A DNA stretch of 49,797 nt from contig JYFJ02002866.1 of NCBI GenBank assembly GCA_000934665.2, forward strand, positions 1 to 49,797, given 5' to 3'. The notes under the pieces are model-generated. The model had not been told where the DNA came from. It worked only from the letters and a program-made list of their open reading frames with translations, and did no database searches. A program made the position numbers and the translations under genes. Position 1 is the stretch's first letter. Each line of letters starts with the position of its first letter. This stretch comes from Catajapyx aquilonaris (lineage: Eukaryota). Shown here piece after piece: positions 26,471 through 36,434 of the stretch.

Positions 26471-27719
26471 ATGATGTGTATTGTTGCGACACAATAAAGA
26501 TGGACGGGAAAATGGTTAACAAGTTTTAAAATAAGTTTAAAAATAAAGTGATTTTCAAGCGTCTCCTGGAATTTTCTGAGTCATTGACATCCATCTGGTT
26601 GACTTGGCTTCCTTTTTTCACGCACCATTTGCTTCGCAGCCTCTTGGGTCGTTTAGCACCCCTGGGGGTGCCAAACAAGGCCCCCTCCTTTGTGTCACCC
26701 TTCCCCGTCGGAAAAACCCGCCTTTCTTGTTTGAGTGTTGGGCATATGAACCTTCAGCCATAGGGGGAAAAAAAATGTTATGAGGCCTATAGCCATGTAT
26801 TATAATTGCACCATTTTCTGCAGAATTTGATTATGTTCGCTGCAAAAATATCCTGTTCATGTAATTGACATAAAATCGGATTTTTTTTGGGAACAATAAG
26901 ATCTACATATGAGAGGAACTCATTAGAATGTAATTCCACATGTATTCGCCTATTATTTCAGAGTAATTAACACTGATGCGTGAATTTTTGGCTGAGCCCA
27001 GCTCTGGCTGCCCTTAATGAGGGCATGACCTCGAAAGTGTCCCTTAGCCCAAAAGGGAGGGTTTTTTTTCCCTCCTCCCTTTTATGGTCCGGAAATAACG
27101 GCGGCCCGCGGAAATGGAGAAGAAGGACAATCCAAGACGAGGGTCTTATTGCAGGCGGCCAATGAACTCAAAAGCACTTCAATATTCCGCCAAGCATTGT
27201 TATACCCTTGGGTTGTGTGGAACCAATCAGCTGCAGCTGCAAACCGGTACAACAATGGCTACATGGTACGAGGGGCGGAAGATGCACACAATCACTCAAG
27301 TTAAGTGTTTTTTTGATTCCATAAATTGCTTAACATTCCTTTTAACATTTGTTTCATAATTATTATTTCATATTCACAGATGTGCAGATGGCTGAATACT
27401 TATTCTTCACGCCCCAACCCATGTTGCCATGTCATCTCGGCTGGACAGGGGAAAAAATTTGAGATAGACCTGACGGCTATTCTACAGATAGCAAGTGGTG
27501 GAGTCTTATTATTATTATGATGTAGTTATGTAGTATGTATGTATGTAACTAACAGTTTTTTACCCGTTCTCTTCGCACGGGAATCGAAAAATCTACTTGC
27601 CATTGCAACCCGTTGCTATGGATGGCAGAGAGGCGGGCCGTAGAGGGGCGGGATCAGCAGAGGGGCGGAGCGGTAGGGCGGGGTCGGGATATGGGACATA
27701 CTGACATACTTCCCCTTTT

Positions 27720-27870
27720 ATATATAATGTTTGTATGTATGTATGTATATATACCATTTGTATGTACCATATGGGTGTATGTCTGTATATACCATAATTA
27801 TGTACGTATCGCACGAATGGGTGTATGTACATATCTTATGTATGTATGTATGTTTCAATGTATGTATACC
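27720..27870. repeat. (TATG)n-rich low-complexity repeat
   Basis: Repeated tatg/tgta units. Confidence 0.8.
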
Positions 27871-28485
27871 AGTACATAAGCATTACTATACTTATACAAT
27901 TCACCTTTCAGATCCAGGCATGAACCTCCTACAACATTGAATGATGGTTCAAGAGAAATGTAATCAACAATACACCTGATCTGCTCTCATGATTGGTTAA
28001 AACATGCTCCTATTAAACGGGGATATGACCACTTGGACTAGGGAGTTGGCATAAGCCACTTACGGTCCATAGAGAATGATATGTGGCCTTTTCTCTGGAT
28101 AATCGCATAGGAAGTCTACAATTGAGCGGGAACGAGGGGAATACATGGCCTTGAAGGGCACGGGAGAGGGTAGCTCCCCATACAGCTGCCACCAAGTGGC
28201 GGAATTGTGTACTACGTTCCCCTAAACCGAGCCATATGGGAAGAATGGCGCCCGGACAAAGTCGATCCGTCAGAATCTTCGCTCTAAAACACATGTATGA
28301 ACACAATCATTGTACATACATACTTTTCAGATGGAAATAGTGTGACATACATTACATTTCACACAGAGAGGGTGACAATGAGGACCCTCTTGAGGCCTTT
28401 ACGAATCCTCTTCACTCCTCTATACGTTGCAAGGGTGTGTATGACCTTGACCGAGGCCAGTACATGTTTGGAAGATGACCCTAAT

Positions 28486-28502
28486 GTACTCGCTTCGGCG
28501 GT

Positions 28503-28542
<40 letters not shown>

Positions 28543-28592
28543 GGCCCCTGCGCAAGGATGACACGCAAAATCGTGAAGCGTTCCACATTTTT
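28486..28592 (+). ncRNA. U6: U6 spliceosomal snRNA, full length (107 nt)
   Basis: GTACTCGCTTCGGCGGTAC 5' stem-loop, ACAGAGA box, AGC triad, internal stem-loop GGCCCCTGCGCAAGGATGAC, arthropod-type 3' end CAAAATCGTGAAGCGTTCCACATTTTT. Confidence 0.97.
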
Positions 28593-28865
28593 CGCGATTT
28601 TTTCCAGAAAAACGCAAAAAAACGACGTTTTTTCACTTTTTCGTACTTTACATCAGTAAATGGGGCCACCGACAGCTCTCGGATGGAAGCATACCATTTA
28701 CAAAGCCTAATTATGTCTAAACTGGGGTTGTTACAAATGAAATATTTGTCATAGACACGATTTTATCTTGGAAGGGTGATGAAAAACCGAGTCCCTCTCT
28801 TTGCAAACTTTTTTCCATGATAGTAATCAAGCTACAGCTACTCAGAAAAAGCTAGAGGCACTGCA

Positions 28866-29232
28866 ACACGCAAAAATCGTGCAGCATTCCGCATTTTTCT
28901 TCGAATTGTAACATGGAACAATGCGGAGAAGATTGGGTCCCCCTCGCCAAGGGTAAAATCCATGTCTCCTCGGATTTTGGCGAAATTTGGCGGACGAGGA
29001 GGGTTCATGGAGAGTGGGCCTAATTGCGCGTAAATTGGGGCAACCTGCGGGTGATTGGAGGACACGAAGGAGTGAAGCGTCGCGCATTTTTCATGGAATT
29101 ATAGCCTGGAACAGATGAAAAATGACAAAACGTTCACTTTTCTGGATGTTTCCTCCGTTTAAACAACCCCCTACAACCCACTTCCTAGCCCAACTGTGCC
29201 TGTTTGACTGTACAGATCGATTTCTCTAAATT
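28866..29232 (+). repeat. U6 3' fragment (28866-28898), U6-derived unit 1 (28909-29091) and spacer
   Basis: acacgcaaaaatcgtgcagcattccgcattttt resembles the U6 3' end. tggaacaatgcggagaagatt...caagg [insert] gacacg..gtgaagcgt..cattttt resembles the U6 body. Confidence 0.85.
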
Positions 29233-31156
29233 TATTTTATTTATTTATTTATTTGTACCCCGGCTTTAGGGTTAAGATTAACCCTTTATGGGGGACACCG
29301 CAACCAAGTCATTACATACACTTCTCTCTTTTTTGACAACCAAATATTCAATCATTATATACATTTTTTAAGACAATCACAAAAAAATAGTGCACAGTCA
29401 TCCATTATCAGTTTTTTTTTTTTGGGGGGGGGGGGGGTTGTTAAAAGCAAATAGCAAGCCGTCAGGCAGCATGCGGGGCAGATCTACCAGGTATTGAGAG
29501 CGGGGAGTACAAAAAAAAAAGGACAATCAAAAAGTAAATGAAAAAGGTCAGATTCAGAGGTCGTGTTACACCACTCACATGGTCCACCGTCAAATGAAAA
29601 CTTATAGTTTTGAAACCAAAGAACTTCAGGTAAACCACGCAATCGAATCCATGTGCGCAGCGGGGTTAGTGGGAGGTTGTAAGACCAATAAACCTCCGGT
29701 TGGTTCAAAGATTTGGCTGCATAGTACAGGGCATAGGAAGTAGAATTGGCCAAAAGTTCCTCGTCTTGCTTGGCGTAAAACTCTGTCAGGTAGGTGAGCG
29801 CCTCACTCGGTTGGAGTTAAGCATTTGAGTATAGATACCTGGGGGCAGCAGCTTATTGACATCCCTGCACCAATCAATTGAGACAGACCCTTGAACTGAT
29901 TGTATCTTCGCGTATCCATACGCTGCAGCCAAGAGTTTGTTAATGTGTGGGTTTGCAAGCTTCTGATTGAATTTAATCACCTGCCTTGTCAACGTTATTC
30001 CCAAGTGTGGGATACCAGTTTCCAACCGAATAAAAAAGCCCGCCGTTCTTTTAGGGAGACTCAAAAACTTTTTTATAAAGTAGTTCTGAATTTGTTCCAT
30101 AATATCCATGTACCGAGTACCCCAGGTTGGAAAAGCATATTGTGCAATAAGAATAACGTGGCTCACATACAGCTTCTTTGCTAACATAATGTCACGTATT
30201 AGTAGTCTAACTAAGGTAGGCCAAAGAGCATTAATTGCTGCTATCGCTCTGGACTTTGTAGATTCAGCCATATTTACAAATTTGCCCGACGAGGAGAAAA
30301 TCACCCTTAAATATTTGTAATGGGGAACAATTTCAAGTGGTTGATCAGCCACCTTGAACACCAGACCTCGTGGTAGCCGACCCGCTTTCCTCAAAACCAT
30401 CACTTTAGTTTTGTTGATATTCAATGTCAGGTGCATGTTGGAAAAGAATGTTAGTGGTCTCTAATGCCTTTTTCAAGTGTAGTGGATTGCTCGCCATTAA
30501 AACTATGTCGTCAGCATATGCTAAATAGTGTACATCTGCCTGATTCGCTCTACAATTCACACCGTGAGGTCCAGATTCAGTTAGAACTCCCCCGAGGCCT
30601 GCTATATAAATATTAAACAGTACAGGCGAAAGAACCTCCCCCTGCAGTACTCCATTCCCCACATGTAGATATTTGTCCGGTTCGCCTAAGCCTGGAGTGA
30701 TGCGGAACTTATTGTAAATGTCACGCACAATCGCTATAAATTGAGTGCTTATACCGCTCATTTGCATTGTTGCCCATAGTTTCTCGTGGTTCACCGTGTC
30801 AAAGGCTTTTGATAAGTCCAGAAAGGCGGCGTATAGTTTCCACTTCGGTGGGTTGATGTAACGTTGGATAAACATATTCAGCGTGATAATATGGTCTACA
30901 CGGCCCCGACCCGGCCTGAAAGCAGCTTGGGAGTCCGTGAAAAGCCCAGTTTTTTCTCTCCAACCTATCAAACGCTTTGCTAAGATGGATGTGAAAAGTT
31001 TCAGCGTATTATTAACGAGCGAGATGGGCCTATAGTTTACTGGATCGTACCGGTCACCACTTTTGAAAATAGGGGTCACCTTGGATTGGGTCCACGATTC
31101 CGGGACACTTGCTGATAACAGACTACTGTTGAATAAACCCAGGAGTGAGTCAAAAA
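29233..31156 (-). mobile_element. 5'-truncated non-LTR retrotransposon (LINE, possibly RTE/RTEX-like); RT ORF disrupted
   Basis: RT motifs NYRPISL, QAAFRPGR, FLDLSKAFDTV, GVLQGEVLSPVLF, YADD; then KTKVMV, YKYL, RLETG; C-terminal CEWC..HLLFDCP. Frameshift near 30420; (TAAA)n 3' tail; TSD cgatttct[c/g]taaatt at 29218-29232 and 31157-31171. Confidence 0.93.
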
Positions 31157-31944
31157 CGATTTCTGTAAATTGGAACAATGCGCAGAGATTGGGTCCCCCT
31201 CGCCAAGGGTGAAATCCATGTCTCCTCACCTCCTCGAATTTTGGCGAAATTTGGCGGACGAGGAGGGTTCATGGAGAGTGGGCCTAATTGCGCGTTAATT
31301 GGGGCAACCCGTGGGTGATGGGAGGACACGAAGGAGTGAAGCGTCGCGCATTTTTCAAGGAATTATAGCCGGGAACGGGTGAAAAATGACAAAACGTTCA
31401 CTTTTCTGGATTTTTCCTCCGTTTAAACAACCCCCTACAACCCACTTCCTCGCCCAACTGTGCCTCTTTGACTGTACGGATCGATTTCTGTAAATTGGAA
31501 CAATGCAGAAAAGATTATGCCCCCCACCAGGGGTGCAATCCATGTCCCCTCACCTCCTCGAATTTTGGCGAAATTTGGCCGACGAGGAGGGTTCATGGAG
31601 AGTGGGCCTAATTGCGCGTAAATTGGGGCAACCTGTGGGTGATGGGAGGGCACGAAGCAGTGAAGCGTTGCGCATTTTTCGCGATTTTTTCTAAGAATTT
31701 CGAAACAATTTTATATCTTTCACTTATTTGTACCTCATAACAGTAAAAATGTGGACACTGACAGCTCTGGTATGGAGGGAAATCATTTTCAAAACCTAAT
31801 TTTGTCTGTATGTTTTGTTAAAAATGACGTATTTATCATAGAAACTATTTTATCTTTTGGAAGGGTGATGAAAAACCTATGCCTTCTCTCTGCAAAATGT
31901 TTTTTCCCCTGATAGTAATCAAGCTACAGCTACTCAGACAAAGC
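31157..31944 (+). repeat. U6-derived units 2 (31166-31355) and 3 (31491-31679) plus a copy of the U6 3' flank
   Basis: Period 325 bp (cgatttctgtaaatt at 31157 and 31482). 31680-31944 matches 28593-28852 (cgcgatttttt, ggaagggtgatgaaaaacc, gatagtaatcaagctacagctactcaga). Confidence 0.9.
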
Positions 31945-33344
31945 AATCACTGGAAGGTGATGATTTTTTTTTCTGATTTTTTAAAAACACATTTATTCTG
32001 GTTGTGTAGTTATACTTAGTTATTGCTTCTGAAAAACTTGTTTTCATATGAAGGTCTTGTCAGGGTAGGAGACAAACAAAAGATGTATTTCCTCTCCTCT
32101 ATTTTCTCTATTTATATTTGTCTCCATCTCTCTCACCGTCTTGTATGATACCCAGATAGTCTCAGTTGCTTTGGGCGTTTCCTAATAATAAAATGGTACA
32201 TAAATGAAGCATTATTGAGAAATTGCCCCTTTCTCCTTATTTTGAAGTGTGATAATTTGGAATCGTGGGCCATGCGCCCGGTTCTGGCCAGCCATGGAGG
32301 GTCTTCCAAAAGTGAAACACAAGCTGGCCAATCCTGGTAAAATCGGATCAAAAGTGGAACCGGCCGACCAATGGGTGTGCGAGCAAACCTTCAAGTGGAA
32401 CTACTGGAACGGAGAAGATTCGTCAGGGCACACTGGGGACCCTTGGACGGGGGCGGGTCAGGGGGTGTAAATGACTATGGCTTTGGAGCAAGAGGTGAGC
32501 TGGCTCCGTGGTGCCAATGTACTATCGGGTTCAAATACTTTTGGCCACTTTGTCCTGGTCTTGAAGCAACCCTTCGCACAATGCATACACATGTGGATTT
32601 CTTTACCAAACCTCATTGTTGAGGCAAAATATTGTTGGAGTTTGGTCCACGACAATAATTGAAACTTATATTACGTACGTAGATGACCCAGGTAGACATT
32701 TCGCTCTATTATTGCACAAATTTTTCTTCTTAAAATAAATTAAAACTTGATTGAAAGGTGTCAATTTACCTCTCGACGACCAAATAATAATCTGCATTAT
32801 AGGGTCCGATCAAAGTGCTAAACCATCTCGGATGACCTCCTCAATTAGGCCATTACATATCCTAGAGGTGAATACCAAACAGTAAAACTTCCATAAGTCG
32901 AATCTCCATGGGACCGGGGGAAAACTTCGAGATACAGAAGATTCTAGTTAGGGAAGTTTGGATCTTTTAGAGCACAGAACTCTATAAGGAAGCCTACCTT
33001 TATATCCAGCGACGAAAGGTGTTCAAAACTTAAAAATAACTAGGTCACTATCACACTTGCAATGTTCCTTGTTGATTTGGTGTAAAAAAAAAACTATATG
33101 GACATTTGCCTACCCTTAGATTCAAGGATTCAATTGTCCCAATCGAGTCAAACACTTCTTTCGGAACGTATGGTAGACTGAGATCAGGAAATTGAGCCTT
33201 TCTGTACACATGGCCTACTTTCGACCCTTCGGCTGGGAAATGAGAACATTTTCCGTACTCGCCAACATGAACTTCTGTCACTGAGGAAAATTGTAGAGTA
33301 CGCTTGCTGCACTTTTTAGTGACCACGAAGCTGTCCTTTTGCAG

Positions 33345-34005
33345 TACTTGGTAATCGAGTATCTCCAAACCAGGCAAGATCATTTTCCCACAAAAAAACT
33401 GAAGCCTAAACACCATTACATGTTACCAAGATGTTACACTATTCTGACCTCAGGGGACTACCAAGTGCCCTGGGGCAAATTGCCGGACTACACAATGGAG
33501 AAACTGGAGGCCAAGCAGAAGTTGCCGGTCAAGGAACAACGGGAGGTTGTGAGGGTCGTTGCGGATGACATGAGGGCAAAAATCAGCCTAGAGAACAGAA
33601 TTGAAAACGCCAATGATAGAGCAAGTTCATCTGCCACGGGTATATCACTATTTTGAAAAAAAACAACAACTTCACAGCCATGATTTTTTACTTTACATTT
33701 GAGGTGTAATTATTTGTGTATGTTTGCATGATCGCAGCAGGGGGGAAACAGGCCGCCAACAAGCGGGGCCAAAAGGAACCGCGATTCTTATGGATGCCTC
33801 AATTGGTACCCCGAGAACATGACTGATGAGATCATGGAACGCCAGATTAACATGATGATGCGCATGCAGGAGATGCATGGGGATGAGCCTGGAGCGAATG
33901 TCCTCGAGGTCCTGAAGGAGTCTTTCAATTTACAACGGAGAGGCATAGTTAGCGGAGCTGGTGCGGTGGAGATGCAGGAAAAATGGCCATTTCTCTTCCA
34001 GATCC
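33345..34005 (+). mobile_element. Decayed EnSpm/CACTA (CMC) element: transposase and accessory-ORF fragments
   Basis: EYLQTRQDHFPTKKLKPKHHYM resembles the animal EnSpm FP..LKPKHH motif. YQVPWGKLP..REVVRVVADDM and ESFNLQRR..EKWPFLF resemble the SAMD3-like second ORF. Possible CACAG terminus near 34275. Confidence 0.6.
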
Positions 34006-34825
34006 CTTTGACCAGTCACAGGGGAAGTGCCCGTGTGTCATCACAGCAGCTTCCTGGTGGGTGTCACGCGATGCCAACATTACCAATGCATGTGTTGTTG
34101 AATAATGTTGCGCATGCATCAATCTACGACTCTACGGCAATGCCTCACATCACCTCTGTAATGACCAAAAAAAAAACAGCATTGTAAGGTGGGCTATAAT
34201 CATCGGTGTAATGTGACCCCAAAACAGGTCAATGCACCATATGGCCTAAGTTGCATTTAAGTGTGGCCTTGAACCACAGAGAAAATTATGCAGAGTCTCG
34301 ATTAACATTTACCGGAATTGTGTAAAAATATTCCGTGAAAAAAGGTTGAAAATTTGCAAACTTTTTTTTTTCACAAAGGCTGTGATTCATTGTAATGACA
34401 AAAAATATAGACCCATATAATTGCATATGAGTAAATCTGTCTCTTTCACTTTAAGACTAATTTCACTTCTTGCGCGCCTAGCTCTGCGGTCGGTGTTAGG
34501 AGAGATATTGTCGCTTTTTGCCATTTGCGGAAATTTGCAATTTATAATCTGCATAAATCCGCTGCATTTTTTAAAAAAAAGTCGAATGTGTATAAGCACG
34601 AATTTGAGAGTCGTGTACTTCAATAAAACGTTAAACGAAATTAAGAAAGCCGCAATCTTGTTATTCTTGTAACGAACTGACGTGGAATGGCCCATTGTTG
34701 CGACAGTCGTTGGACTTTGATCCACACATGTGTTCAGTGACGCTGCTTCCGGCTGGATTGGGGGAGATAGGGGGAATTGCTGACTGGTCCGAAATTGTTT
34801 TAAAAAGGCATATCTTCAAACTAGT

Positions 34826-35965
34826 CGACAGACAAAGGAGGTGATTCATTCGGCTAATCCGACACCGGTGGGACATTCCGAGGGCAACTAGGGGTCCGGG
34901 TCAAGGGGTCGAAATGCACATGGCCTTGAAGCTTCAGCGGTACTTTTGGGGATTATGGTTCCAATGCGAGTAGGAGAAGGAACCAGTTGGTGGTTGGTGC
35001 CCTTTGTGAGAAAGGGTCAGAGGATCCCTCCTTGTGTGTTTTGGCTGGAGGCAGTTGAACTTTAGGAAGGGTGAAGAATCTGGAATATGTAAATAGGTCA
35101 GTGGTTAGGTCACTTGCGGTTGACTTGAAAAAGAGGTGGTGGTTGTGGAATAATTACTTCATGTTATTGCGTTTAAAAAAAAAAGCTATTTGTTGCCAAT
35201 GAGTAGTGAAATGAAACTTTATTTTGAGTGTGATATTTTGGAAGTTGGCCGCAAAATTCGCAACTTTTACCGAGAGAGTTCTGATTGGCTGATATTGATG
35301 GGTCTCCTCCGCAATGGCAAATGTCAATTTTGCACTCGTATGGCCGCAGTCATAGCTATTGGTAAGTGCAGAAATATCGTACTTACTGGTTTAAACGCAC
35401 ATTTATAAATGCAGGAAAGTTTTTTTCGCGATTTCATATGTATACAGTACAACATAACTTAAAACAGGCGTCTATTACTGTAACATCAAATTCCCATGAG
35501 AGTTTGGCATGGTTTACGAGATGTTTTCTTTTTCTGCTTAAAACCGGTTAAACCATTTAAAACACGTTTCATTAGTAATATTCAAGTTTGGTCTTGAATC
35601 GGAGATAAAATTATGCCCAATTCGATTAGCACTTAATTGGGAATAATACTATCACTTTAAAAAAAAAAAAAAGCATCTGAAAATTTTCAAACTTTTTTTT
35701 TCGTCCAGACAAAGGGAGTGATTCATTCGGCTAATCCTACACCCGGTGGGACATTCCAAGAGCCATTTGGGGTGGGTCAAAGGGGTTGAAATACACATGG
35801 CCTTGAACTCTTGAAGGAATACCTCTCTCTCCGCGGTGCTTTTGGAGATTTGGGCATTATTGTTCCAATGTGAGGACCAGGAGAAAGTGCCCTAAGTTGT
35901 GAGAGAGGGTCAGAGGAGACCTCCGTGTGTTTTGGCTGGGGGCAGTTGGACTTCCGGAAGGGAAA
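34826..35965 (+). repeat. ~250-bp degenerate direct repeat (34826-35070 and 35705-35965)
   Basis: Shared cagacaaagg..gtgattcattcggctaatcc, ccggtgggacattcc, cacatggccttgaa, gggtcagagga and gtgtgttttggctgg. Confidence 0.85.
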
Positions 35966-36434
35966 GGTCAATTAGAGACCGGAAGAGAGCTGATCATGGA
36001 TGTCCTTGGCCAAATTCCTTCTTCATATTTAAAATGTGCACTTTCCAAGGGAACACTTAATTTTTGAAAATTTGTAATATTATCATTCCAAAAGCGGTTT
36101 AAAATGGAGCAGCTTGTCCTAAAGAGAGCTGCTACTGGTCAATAGCGTTTAAGAGTGTATTGGTGGAGTAGGGATTGATGGCTGGGTAGTTGACAGCTGT
36201 AGGTTGACAGCGTGGTGAGCTCACGTGGAAATGGACAGGTTTTTCTCATAATTTGTTCATAGTTTACTGACATATTTATCAATTTATCTTCTATTGAAAG
36301 GAGAGGAGGCCAGTCCACCTTCCAGCGTTGAGGTGTGGCAGGGCTGCAATGTATGAAGACTTTTGACTGCTACAAAGCATGGACATTAAATCTTGGAGAG
36401 AGTATAATATTTCTAATGTGATAATCCAATTCCC

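Noticed and set aside
31157..31229. N-terminus of the 274-aa RT ORF (MRRHGFHPWRGG...)
   Set aside because: Read-through from the flanking U6-like unit beyond the TSD; not part of the LINE.
28866..31944. CRISPR-like reading of the regularly spaced units
   Set aside because: Eukaryotic context, units are ~325 bp with repeated rather than unique spacers, and no cas genes.
32200..33340. Possible decayed transposase on the minus strand (HGDSTYG, Cys/His-rich pieces)
   Set aside because: Too fragmented by stops to assign without a profile search.
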